Both the position numbers and the translations under genes were made by a program. This document shows positions 27,624 to 35,944 of a stretch of DNA of 64,000 nt, one piece after another. The notes beneath the pieces were generated by a model. That model had not been told where the DNA came from and ran no database searches. It saw nothing but the letters and a program-made list of their open reading frames with translations. The stretch is from a virus, in IMG/VR virus record IMGVR_UViG_3300046370_000202; one strand, written 5' to 3'. How positions within the stretch are numbered: position 1 is the first letter of the stretch; the number at the start of each line of letters is the position of its first letter.

Positions 27624-29036
27624 TTAGTCGCACCCAAGTTCTTGACGCGACACTTCATCGTTGTTGATAGGACAGTTGCCACTTGGTAACGACTCTGGCA
27701 CATATCGCATCAACTCTGGATCATGCAAACCGTTCTCAAGGAACGCAACAAGGTTTGCAATCTCATCTTCGGTCAAGTCTAACGGCGTGAACCGATAGTC
27801 AAGGTCATACGTCTCCACTTGTGGGTGTTGGGGAACCGCATCAACTTTATATCGCACGACATCCTCTACACTAGAGAACGACGCACCGTGACCGAATACA
27901 GTAGTATCTATAAGGTTGTAAAGAGGCGGAACTTTGAACGCAAACTTCTCCATCTCATCACCAGTGAATCCACCACGACCCTCTCTAGTCGCATCGTTGA
28001 CTTCACCGACCGTGTCTTCCCAGATATCTAAATCGTGGAAACCGACAGTCATAAACACTTCGTCTGCCATCGCACCAACGGGAGATGACAACGCAGGTCC
28101 GTTATGACACGCATAACAGTTACCCTTACCGAAGAACACTTCCGCACCAGCGACTTCAGATTCAGTCATCGCAGTTTCGTCACCTTTCAAGTATGCTTGG
28201 AAGGGTGCTTGATTCGCAAGAATAGTCCGTTCGTATGCGGCGATCGCTAGTGCAGTTGCCTCTAACATATCGTCGGGTTCTGCAACACCGTAGGCAGCTT
28301 CAAACATCTCACGATAAGTTTCGTTAGTGCGCAGGATAGAATCATCTGTGTCACCCTGACGATGCACACCTAGACCCGCAACTGCTTGTGTCTCTAGACC
28401 AGCAAAGTTGCGTAGGTTTGCTTCTTTCGGAGTACCTTCTGTGAAGTGACGATCGGGATCAATACCAACATTGACATTACCCGCAATCACATTACCTAAC
28501 TGACCATTCCACAACATCACTTCTTGGAATGCCGTGTTGAGTACAGTGGGTGTTGCAACAGGTTGCACATCGATGTCTTCGGGATTGACACCCTCAGCGA
28601 TCATGCGATGATCAAAACCGACACCACCTTCACCTATACCCTGACGAATACCAGACTTGAATCCGTTTTGGGCATTGTGACATGACGCGCACGAGAATGT
28701 ACCTTCACTGGACGCAATGTCGCCTTCAGTGATACCAGTCTCATGATAGATTAACTTACCTAGTGCAACTTTCTCTGCAGTAATAGGATTACTTGGGTCT
28801 TGCGGAATGTTATCGAAGTCATCACTGTCGGGAAGGATGTATTCTTCGTATGAACCTGTCGTTGATGTGGAGTCAAGTAACGTGAGTAGATTGTCACGTG
28901 CCTCGACTGCTGGATCAACAGGTGTTACAGTTGGGGGAGTCACGACCACAGGGTCGGGGGCGGATGCGTTATCTGCTCCGCCAGAACATGCACTCAGGAG
29001 TGCCGTAGACACAGCTACAGTTAGTAGTTTCTTCAT
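27624..29036 (-). CDS. di-haem cytochrome c peroxidase/MauG-like lipoprotein
   Basis: Lipobox LLSAC, CASCH and CYACH, WNG, FKVP.L.N, GH.A. Confidence 0.85.
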   Translation of the reverse strand: MKKLLTVAVSTALLSACSGGADNASAPDPVVVTPPTVTPVDPAVEARDNLLTLLDSTSTTGSYEEYILPDSDDFDNIPQDPSNPITAEKVALGKLIYHETGITEGDIASSEGTFSCASCHNAQNGFKSGIRQGIGEGGVGFDHRMIAEGVNPEDIDVQPVATPTVLNTAFQEVMLWNGQLGNVIAGNVNVGIDPDRHFTEGTPKEANLRNFAGLETQAVAGLGVHRQGDTDDSILRTNETYREMFEAAYGVAEPDDMLEATALAIAAYERTILANQAPFQAYLKGDETAMTESEVAGAEVFFGKGNCYACHNGPALSSPVGAMADEVFMTVGFHDLDIWEDTVGEVNDATREGRGGFTGDEMEKFAFKVPPLYNLIDTTVFGHGASFSSVEDVVRYKVDAVPQHPQVETYDLDYRFTPLDLTEDEIANLVAFLENGLHDPELMRYVPESLPSGNCPINNDEVSRQELGCD

Positions 29037-29079
29037 AATATAAGAGCCTCTCAATACTCTATTTCAAGTTTCGATAAGA

Positions 29080-29109
29080 AGTATACTACATTATGCTAGG
29101 GGTTGTCAA
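29080..29109 (-). promoter_or_regulatory. sigma70-like promoter
   Basis: TTGACA-N18-TATACT. Confidence 0.55.
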
Positions 29110-29119
29110 GTGTGAATAA

Positions 29120-29806
29120 TTAACTATTTTTGACGCGTTTGATCGCTTGCTTCTCTACTTCAATCCAACGCTTGGCCTTCGCGCCGTGTGGTTTGTCCGT
29201 AAACTTCTTCGCATCACGATATGCAGTTAACGTTTCTTTCTCGTAGTTCTTACCTTCAGAGTTATCAACTACCAAGAAGTTCTCTTTACCAAACATGCGT
29301 TGGAACTTGCCGACGTTGCGCTGAACTGCTTTCCAATACTCAGTAACACCTTTCGCGCCTAGAGTACGCGCACGTTTTGCATCACGGTTGATAGCAGTAT
29401 CAAGGTCTGTGTTTACGAAAATCATCGCAACATCGTAACCTAATTCTTTAACCTTCTTTGCTTGCGCGGCAATCTTGTCTGGATCTTTACCAGTACCGTC
29501 TACGACAAGACCAAGGCGTCCCTTCAGATAACGTTCCTCTTTTTTGCCAGTAATCTTCTTTGCCTTACCACGAAGTTCTTGACCCTTCGGAGAGAAGATG
29601 TTGTCTGGAGTCATCTCCATATCAACCTTCTTCATGGCAGCTTCAAACGCGTCATCGGAGTTGACAACTTTGTAACCCATAGAGGTCAAACCAGTTTTGC
29701 CGACGATGAATGACTTACCAGAGCCTGGCCCACCCGCAAGGAAGATCGCCTTGAAGATTGCTGGATCGTTGACACCTTCGTCTAGGAATGTTTTAAAAGA
29801 TTTCAT
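29120..29806 (-). CDS. P-loop kinase (zeta-toxin/AAA_33/PNK-like)
   Basis: GGPGSGKS, NSDD, VVDGTG, R...R.R lid; MKSFKTFLDE N-terminus. Confidence 0.8.
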   Translation of the reverse strand: MKSFKTFLDEGVNDPAIFKAIFLAGGPGSGKSFIVGKTGLTSMGYKVVNSDDAFEAAMKKVDMEMTPDNIFSPKGQELRGKAKKITGKKEERYLKGRLGLVVDGTGKDPDKIAAQAKKVKELGYDVAMIFVNTDLDTAINRDAKRARTLGAKGVTEYWKAVQRNVGKFQRMFGKENFLVVDNSEGKNYEKETLTAYRDAKKFTDKPHGAKAKRWIEVEKQAIKRVKNS

Positions 29807-29837
29807 TGTAATACAGTCTGTTGGTGATAGATGTATT

Positions 29838-29845
29838 TATTTATA
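29838..29845 (-). promoter_or_regulatory. late promoter TATAAATA
   Basis: Exact consensus upstream of kinase. Confidence 0.7.
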
Positions 29846-29860
29846 CAAATAATGGCGTAG

Positions 29861-30169
29861 TCAGTTATTGCTTGCCTTATTCCTAGATTTGTATGTAGGC
29901 AATTGAGAATCACAATTACTACAAACGAATCTTAGATTTTCTAGTCTGTTGTCGTTGTTCACCCCATTGATGTGATCTAAGACTAGAGTCATTGGTTTTC
30001 CCATCCACTCTGGTCCTATCCCACAACAATCACAAGAATACGAGATCATTTCTTGTTTGATGATTCTTGCTTTCAGTCTGTGTCTAGCGTATGTAGAATT
30101 CTCTACAAACACATCTTCATCTAATCTTCTAGGTCCGTGTTGGTTTCTTGGGTTTTTAGCTGCTGCCAT
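29861..30169 (-). CDS. HNH endonuclease
   Basis: CxxC...LDHING..NDNRLENLR..C.NC; late promoter at 30194-30201. Confidence 0.85.
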   Translation of the reverse strand: MAAAKNPRNQHGPRRLDEDVFVENSTYARHRLKARIIKQEMISYSCDCCGIGPEWMGKPMTLVLDHINGVNNDNRLENLRFVCSNCDSQLPTYKSRNKASNN

Positions 30170-30232
30170 TTCAAATACTCCTATGTTTAGAAGTATTTAT
30201 AATAACTGCGGTTTCTGGAACCGCTGTAATAA

Positions 30233-30320
30233 TGGCGGTGGGCGTAGGATTCGAACCTACGGAACCTCTCGGTTCAATGGTTTTCAAGACCATCGCTTTC
30301 GACCACTCAGCCAGCCCACC
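30233..30320 (-). tRNA. tRNA-Ser(TGA)
   Basis: Cloverleaf with long variable arm, CCA. Confidence 0.95.
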
Positions 30321-30325
30321 TAATT

Positions 30326-30574
30326 CTATGACTTGGGTTCTCTGTAGAACCTCTTTGATACAGCATCCCACAATTGTGGAGATATTTCATCAATCGATCG
30401 TCTTGGATGTGAATCTGCAAGATCTACAGTGTCTGGTTCACGCAACTCGTTAGGATACTCCGGTTCACCTCGTGTGTTCTGATACCGTTCAACCTGTTTT
30501 TGCAGTGCATCGAATGTCTGCGACAACTCTTTGATGTTCTGTTCCAGTCTCTGCATTTCACTAATAAAACTCAT
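30326..30574 (-). CDS. hypothetical coiled-coil protein
   Basis: Start re-called at MSFISE after GAGGA; the longer ORF overlaps tRNA-Gln. Confidence 0.55.
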   Translation of the reverse strand: MSFISEMQRLEQNIKELSQTFDALQKQVERYQNTRGEPEYPNELREPDTVDLADSHPRRSIDEISPQLWDAVSKRFYREPKS

Positions 30575-30590
30575 ACTATTCCTCATTATA

Positions 30591-30665
30591 TGGCTGGGGT
30601 GGATGGATTCGAACCACCGAATGGCGGGATCAAAACCCGCTGCCTTGCCACTTGGCGACACCCCA
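30591..30665 (-). tRNA. tRNA-Gln(TTG)
   Basis: Cloverleaf, CCA. Confidence 0.95.
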
Positions 30666-30669
30666 ATTT

Positions 30670-30746
<77 letters not shown>

Positions 30747-30849
30747 CAATTCTTTCCAGCCTCCGGTACCACTCGTTCGTTGATTTGAGAGAGGAACGAG
30801 ACTCTCTGCTCTTCTGGGCACCACTGATTCAGTTATTTGGATAGGGGAA

Positions 30850-31011
30850 TCAGACCCTTTTTGCAAAGATGTCTGAGAAGTTCAGACCTGAATATTTAGA
30901 TGCACTAGTACTCTGGTTATTGTACCATCGCTCTCGTGCGCCGTACTCTGTCATTGAGTAGGTGAGACCTACTTGCATACCTTTGTAAAAAATCTTCCAC
31001 TCGTGTATCAT
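30850..31011 (-). CDS. hypothetical protein (53 aa)
   Basis: Manual: MIHEWKIFYKGMQVGLTYS...; GAGGA RBS. Confidence 0.5.
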   Translation of the reverse strand: MIHEWKIFYKGMQVGLTYSMTEYGARERWYNNQSTSASKYSGLNFSDIFAKRV

Positions 31012-31025
31012 AACATTTCCTCAAT

Positions 31026-31102
31026 TGGTCGGAGATGCTGGATTCGAACCAACGGCCCCTGCATCCCAAATGCAGTGCTCTACCAAGCTGAGCTAATCTC
31101 CG
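31026..31102 (-). tRNA. tRNA-Pro(TGG)
   Basis: Cloverleaf, CCA. Confidence 0.95.
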
Positions 31103-31315
31103 TTAACTGTTTGAAACAAACTCGTTGATGACTTTTACCCTTTCCATGATATCTTGCATAGTAGGATATGTCGGAAACTCTGGGATGGTATCAACGCCGC
31201 CTGTCTCAATCAAGACTTCTCGGCGATTTACTTTAGCCCAGTACTCATCTGTTAGGACGTTTCTTGCTGTTTCAAAGATTTGGAACCGAAGTTCGTATGG
31301 ATTTGTATTAGACAT
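31103..31315 (-). CDS. conserved small hypothetical protein
   Basis: NPYELR...YPT..DI......NEFVS; AGGAG RBS. Confidence 0.7.
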   Translation of the reverse strand: MSNTNPYELRFQIFETARNVLTDEYWAKVNRREVLIETGGVDTIPEFPTYPTMQDIMERVKVINEFVSNS

Positions 31316-31418
31316 AATAGTCTCCTTTTGTGTGTGTTGTGTGTGGAGCAGTTTTCCTCATACTCAGGAGACGGGCGTAACGACCAGAGTGAGTTTAGAG
31401 TCATCTCAGGACTAACTC

Positions 31419-31616
31419 TTAATCGAGGATTATCTCCTCGCGTTGTTTCTTAGCGCCTTGCTTAATTCCAAGTGCGATCTCAAGTCTCTCGATCTCCTTG
31501 TCCTTACGCTTCTGCCATTGTTGTTCAGTGCGGCCGTTCTTCTCAAAGAACGTTGACGCCTGAAGACGATCGAGTGCGCCTTCGCGTCGGCGCTTGACTA
31601 CATGCTTTCCTCGCAT
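31419..31616 (-). CDS. basic hypothetical protein
   Basis: Start re-called at MRGKH. Confidence 0.55.
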   Translation of the reverse strand: MRGKHVVKRRREGALDRLQASTFFEKNGRTEQQWQKRKDKEIERLEIALGIKQGAKKQREEIILD

Positions 31617-31617
31617 A

Positions 31618-31734
31618 TCAATCCTTAAATTTGCTGTCAATCCAGCATTTCCCATAGTACAGGATACCTAACCAGATGGTAAACATAATACCATCGATAT
31701 ATCCCAGCTCATTCCAAACTTGTATCGGATCCAT
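31618..31734 (-). CDS. small membrane protein (38 aa)
   Basis: Manual: MDPIQVWNELGYIDGIMFTIWLGILYYGKCWIDSKFKD. Confidence 0.5.
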   Translation of the reverse strand: MDPIQVWNELGYIDGIMFTIWLGILYYGKCWIDSKFKD

Positions 31735-31951
31735 TTTCGGGTCTTCCTTCTGGCCATTCCCAGACTAAACACTTTGCTTTTGGTACATATCGCACGACGC
31801 AAATTTGTTGCGCAACACCGCGACCACCAACACATTCTTGTTCCTCTTGAATAAAGGTTGCCCACTTGAGACAAAGTCCTTTATCAATTTGTTCACTCAT
31901 TGTACTACAACTGGTCACTGTTGTCAACAGTGCAACTAATAAAAACCTCAT
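31709..31951 (-). CDS. small Cys-rich lipoprotein
   Basis: Signal peptide with VTSC lipobox. Confidence 0.6.
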   Translation of the reverse strand: MRFLLVALLTTVTSCSTMSEQIDKGLCLKWATFIQEEQECVGGRGVAQQICVVRYVPKAKCLVWEWPEGRPENGSDTSLE

Positions 31952-31967
31952 AAGTTTTCCTCAAAGT

Positions 31968-32044
31968 TGGCGGAGCGGACGGGACTCGAACCCGCGACCC
32001 TCGGCGTGACAGGCCGATATTCTAACCAACTGAACTACCGCTCC
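31968..32044 (-). tRNA. tRNA-Asp(GTC)
   Basis: Cloverleaf, CCA. Confidence 0.95.
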
Positions 32045-32424
32045 TAATATGGTCTGAGGCCTTCTTTGCCTCTATGGTATCTCCCCCATATACAGTGTGC
32101 CACTTCGTGTCCAATCAACTCAGGTTCCCACTGCCACTGTGGGTCCTTTATGTACACGGTGCACTCGCCGGTTTCCGGAATCCAGAGAGTGAATGCACTC
32201 ACTGTGTCCCATTGTACGCCTAGATTCTGTCGTCTGGCTGAATTATACTCGGCTTCGTTTTTGAGTAAAACAAAGTGAACTTGTGGATGCAAGTTCTCAT
32301 ATTCCTTTTCTAGGAACTTATAATCATCCGTACCGTAGCGGTACGCATTAGTGACACCAGATGTCGCACATCCGGTTAAGAGTAAACTAATCGCTATCGT
32401 GAACGTGTAATTGAATAAGCGCAT
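32044..32424 (-). CDS. lipoprotein with HExxH zincin motif
   Basis: LLTGC lipobox; GHEVAHC..G..H. Confidence 0.65.
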   Translation of the reverse strand: MRLFNYTFTIAISLLLTGCATSGVTNAYRYGTDDYKFLEKEYENLHPQVHFVLLKNEAEYNSARRQNLGVQWDTVSAFTLWIPETGECTVYIKDPQWQWEPELIGHEVAHCIWGRYHRGKEGLRPY

Positions 32425-32731
32425 AATGAAGTACCTTTAGTAAGTCCTTTCGCGCATCGTCACGAGTCCCCTTTTTCCCATAACGTTGTGCGTATTTTAA
32501 AACATTACCGATACAGAATCCTGTACCGTGCCCCCCATCAATAATAAATTCGGTCGCCTGAAACTTCTCTTTGGCGTAGTGTTGATTATATGTAGAGTCA
32601 ATGTATCTCGCAAATTCTGCGATCAACTTATCTTCGTTGAACTTGTAGTTGGGCGGAAGGTCTAGTGTGAACTTAGGAATTTCTTCCTCAGTAACATAAC
32701 CTTCGGCTCTCAGATCTTTTACGTTTTTCAT
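32387..32731 (-). CDS. DUF3310-like (T7 gp1.7-like nucleotide kinase) protein
   Basis: HY...GF..GN.LKY..RYGKKG....DL.K..HY. Confidence 0.7.
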   Translation of the reverse strand: MKNVKDLRAEGYVTEEEIPKFTLDLPPNYKFNEDKLIAEFARYIDSTYNQHYAKEKFQATEFIIDGGHGTGFCIGNVLKYAQRYGKKGTRDDARKDLLKVLHYALIQLHVHDSD

Positions 32732-33030
32732 TACCACTCCCTCAAAATAGTTGTTGCAATCATAAATCCGGAGACCGCATTCAACATGATGAGTGCGCGG
32801 TCTTTCCAGATAATAGATACCCAAGTCCATAGTATAATACCTACGAACCCTATTGTCAAGTCATACATGCGATATTCTGGGCCCGCAGATCGCATTGCCA
32901 GAGAAATTAAAATCATGATTGATGCTGCCCACTTCAGATACCAATCAAAGTTCTCGGGCCACCACTCTCTGTCTGGTTTATTGCGACCGTCTGCTCTCAC
33001 TTGAGGGTCACCACGTCCTGTCTTAGACAT
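32731..33030 (-). CDS. membrane protein
   Basis: Three TM helices; W.DRALI.LN motif. Confidence 0.65.
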   Translation of the reverse strand: MSKTGRGDPQVRADGRNKPDREWWPENFDWYLKWAASIMILISLAMRSAGPEYRMYDLTIGFVGIILWTWVSIIWKDRALIMLNAVSGFMIATTILREW

Positions 33031-33855
33031 TTAAACTCCTAACGGATTGGTAGACTCAATCCGATTTTTTGCAAGTAGGTGCAAAGGATTAAAGGATTGA
33101 ATTCTTTTTTGTGCCATATCAATATATTCTTGATGAATTTCAATACCTACATATTTTCTCTCTAAGTCTAAGCAAGACACCGCAGTGGTACCACTTCCCA
33201 TAAAAGGGTCCAAGACAAGGTCGTCGACATAAGAATAGTAAGATATAATATTGTCGCTCAGTTTTTTAGGAAATGGTGCTAGATGTTTGGAGGCAGTTTC
33301 AGGATTAATTTTCCATACATTGGATCTCTCATATCCATCTGATACTAAAGACTCATCTAAGATTTCTCCACTATACGATCTAACAATTTTATCGATTAAG
33401 AAATCACACGGCTTTTGAAAAATCAAAATGCTTTCAGTAACCAAATTGGGTTTGTATGCAACTGGTTTGCGATGTTGATAGAAACCTCCGTTACGATTCA
33501 AAGCAGACCCTTCCGGTTTCACCCATACTATATCATCAATATATTTCCAACCCATTTCTTCCATAATAGAGAACATGTGGAAAGGTATACCCAAACGAGA
33601 GCTTTCTTTAGATCTAGATTCTCTGGCCTGTATCACCGGAGAAACGTTAATAGCGCACATTCTCCCGTCTTTTGTAACTCGAAACACTTCTTTAAATACA
33701 TCTCGCAAAAAATCCAGATACGACTCATAGGTAGGCCACACTGAATATGATCTTGCATTATAGTAAGGTGGAGAAGTGCATGTAAGATGAACAGATTGAG
33801 AATCTAATGTTTTCAGAACATCTTTGCAATCACCATGAAGAATTTGATTAATCAT
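33031..33855 (-). CDS. DNA N4-cytosine/N6-adenine methyltransferase (beta class)
   Basis: TSPPYY motif IV before DPFMGSGTT motif I; H.APFP; start re-called at MINQ. Confidence 0.9.
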   Translation of the reverse strand: MINQILHGDCKDVLKTLDSQSVHLTCTSPPYYNARSYSVWPTYESYLDFLRDVFKEVFRVTKDGRMCAINVSPVIQARESRSKESSRLGIPFHMFSIMEEMGWKYIDDIVWVKPEGSALNRNGGFYQHRKPVAYKPNLVTESILIFQKPCDFLIDKIVRSYSGEILDESLVSDGYERSNVWKINPETASKHLAPFPKKLSDNIISYYSYVDDLVLDPFMGSGTTAVSCLDLERKYVGIEIHQEYIDMAQKRIQSFNPLHLLAKNRIESTNPLGV

Positions 33856-34298
33856 AACGACTCTATACGTCTCGCCGAAGATTTGTGAGAGTTGCAGTCT
33901 CCATTTTCTACAGACTTCCGGCCGTGACACAGTTTACAGAAAGTTTTTACATTTTCGGGCACGTTGTTGTAGTGATCTCCATCTATATGATCTAAGTCAA
34001 GTGAGTTGGAAAATCCCCCCCAACCGTCTTTCGGTACCGGACAAGGAAAACCAAGTTGGCTATCTGCGTTTTCACAGTAAGTCTTCTTGTGCTGAGTCAC
34101 ACCTTCACGCATCACCCCTGTCTTGATTCTTCGACTACTGCAAGAACTACACTCTGACTTAAACGACCAGTTCTTCCATTCACGAACTGCGACATTTCTA
34201 TCACAACCATCATTAACGCAAAGAGGCAAGGTTCTTTCCTCATTGTAGAACTTCTCTTTCATAGCAGCAGAAGACATATTCACAATCTCTCTCATCAA
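33852..34298 (-). CDS. Zn-binding HNH endonuclease
   Basis: Multiple Cys pairs; LDLDHIDGDH.NN..EN....CKLCH. Confidence 0.75.
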   Translation of the reverse strand: MMREIVNMSSAAMKEKFYNEERTLPLCVNDGCDRNVAVREWKNWSFKSECSSCSSRRIKTGVMREGVTQHKKTYCENADSQLGFPCPVPKDGWGGFSNSLDLDHIDGDHYNNVPENVKTFCKLCHGRKSVENGDCNSHKSSARRIESL

Positions 34299-34309
34299 TT
34301 TATGTAACC

Positions 34310-34376
34310 ATTATACCAAATTCTGGAGAAGTTTGTCAACACTTTTTGAAAACTTTATTATGTAAATTTTTCACTT
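34310..34376 (-). promoter_or_regulatory. early promoter (TTGACA-N18-TATAAT) with conserved upstream tract
   Basis: Matches 8369 and 9411 promoters. Confidence 0.75.
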
Positions 34377-34387
34377 GATCATAATAT

Positions 34388-34472
34388 TGGTGCGAAAGGA
34401 GAGACTCGAACTCTCACGCCTTGCGGCACTGGTACCTAAAACCAGCGTGTCTACCAATTCCACCACTCTCGC
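34388..34472 (-). tRNA. tRNA-Leu(TAG)
   Basis: Cloverleaf with variable arm, CCA. Confidence 0.95.
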
Positions 34473-34476
34473 AATG

Positions 34477-34552
34477 TGGCTGGCGCGGCAGGGCTCGAAC
34501 CTGCGACCAGATGATTAACAGTCATCGGCTCTACCAACTGAGCTACGCGCCA
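34477..34552 (-). tRNA. tRNA-Asn(GTT)
   Basis: Cloverleaf, CCA. Confidence 0.95.
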
Positions 34553-34650
34553 AAAAAACTTATATATAATATGTACAGTGTAATAAAACTGTCATACTAT
34601 TAACTGCCGTGAGGCAACAAAAGTCGTCGTGAGACGACAGGAGAAAGCAA

Positions 34651-34935
34651 ATGAAACTAGTACTAACTTTATTGCTGTTGGTAGCAACACCAGCGGCACT
34701 TGCAAACTCAGTCACTATCTGTAAAGATGATAAACTACTTATATCGTCTGATAGTGTGCATATTATATCAAAAAATCACGAGACTGTCAAGTTATCTCAC
34801 AACTGTGATCTAAATATTTCACCAGACTCTAAAGTCGTGGTAAAAAACAACGGTCGTCGCATCGTCGAAGACCGTAGCATCGTGATTGAAGTAGACGATA
34901 AGCGAAACTCATGTGAGGTTCAACAAATCGTCTAG
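34651..34935 (+). CDS. small secreted protein
   Basis: Signal peptide ending ALA; AGGAG RBS; fills the gap between minus-strand genes. Confidence 0.75.
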   Translation: MKLVLTLLLLVATPAALANSVTICKDDKLLISSDSVHIISKNHETVKLSHNCDLNISPDSKVVVKNNGRRIVEDRSIVIEVDDKRNSCEVQQIV

Positions 34936-34938
34936 TCT

Positions 34939-35532
34939 TTAGGCCACCTCTTCTTCTTGTGGTATCGCGTTGCGCAAATACCCAAGTAGATTTTCAGGGG
35001 TGGTCATCTCATACGGATCATCATCCGCATTGTCACGGATACTTGCTTCACGGAACAATGCCTCGATCACACCATCGGTGACGACCATTGCGTATCGCCA
35101 AGAACGGTATCCGAATCCTAGGTTGTCTTTGTCAACAAGCATCCCCATCTCACGTGTGAAGTGACCAGATCCATCTGGAATCACTTTGACTCGCTTGAGT
35201 TCTTGTTGACGTGACCATGCGTTCATCACGAAAGAGTCGTTCACGGACATACAGTAGATGTCGTCAATACCAAGATCAACAAACTGATCAAACTTCTCTT
35301 CGAATGTCGGTAACTGCATAGTGGAACATGTTGGCGTAAATGCGCCAGGCAATGAGAAGATTACAACACGACGACCTTCTGTGTAGTCAGCCATCGTAGT
35401 CTCTTCCCAACGATATGGGTTAGGACCATCTATCTCATCATCACGTACTCGTGTCTGAAACGTTGCTTCAGGCAAAGTATCGCCTACTTTCATTCCGGTG
35501 ATTTTATTCCACCGTACATCATTATCTGTCAT
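34939..35532 (-). CDS. peroxiredoxin (Prx5-type)
   Basis: PGAFTPTCS, SVND.FVMNAW, RSWRYAM. Confidence 0.92.
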   Translation of the reverse strand: MTDNDVRWNKITGMKVGDTLPEATFQTRVRDDEIDGPNPYRWEETTMADYTEGRRVVIFSLPGAFTPTCSTMQLPTFEEKFDQFVDLGIDDIYCMSVNDSFVMNAWSRQQELKRVKVIPDGSGHFTREMGMLVDKDNLGFGYRSWRYAMVVTDGVIEALFREASIRDNADDDPYEMTTPENLLGYLRNAIPQEEEVA

Positions 35533-35687
35533 TAATCCTCCATCTCTGACAAAGTTAAACCTTTACTCTTTCTCCATCTATGTAGTGTCTCTTTATGTAT
35601 GGTTTTATGGGAGTAGTACATCGTAATACCGCCAAATACCATAGGACACATAAAGACTGCGAGAAGACCCAACATCCCTATACTCAT
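35532..35687 (-). CDS. small membrane protein (51 aa)
   Basis: Manual translation; coupled at both ends. Confidence 0.5.
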   Translation of the reverse strand: MSIGMLGLLAVFMCPMVFGGITMYYSHKTIHKETLHRWRKSKGLTLSEMED

Positions 35688-35944
35688 TTATATAAATTTC
35701 CGTACAGAGTTCCCATTATTCTATGATGAACAATTTCGCGACCTTCGGTCTCTTCAGTACCGCCACACCAAGAACACTCTTCATCTTTACCGATCCAGAT
35801 GTCGCCTTCAAACATGCAGTTATGATTCCACACTATGGTTGACATATTTTCCCAGAAACACTCGTTGAATGTCTTGTCCCAGACTTCGTTGCCTGTTCTT
35901 GAAATAGGCGACTCTGCGATCTGTATTAACTTATCCCAACTCAT
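35684..35944 (-). CDS. hypothetical protein
   Basis: W.H.C...CSWCG. Confidence 0.6.
   Translation of the reverse strand: MSWDKLIQIAESPISRTGNEVWDKTFNECFWENMSTIVWNHNCMFEGDIWIGKDEECSWCGGTEETEGREIVHHRIMGTLYGNLYK

Noticed and set aside
29120-29806. Zeta toxin-antitoxin module
   Set aside because: No adjacent antitoxin; the late promoter and leader fit a virion-associated kinase better
31346-31418. Hammerhead ribozyme (CTGA...GA...GAAA)
   Set aside because: The core is not CUGANGA, and stems I and III cannot be formed
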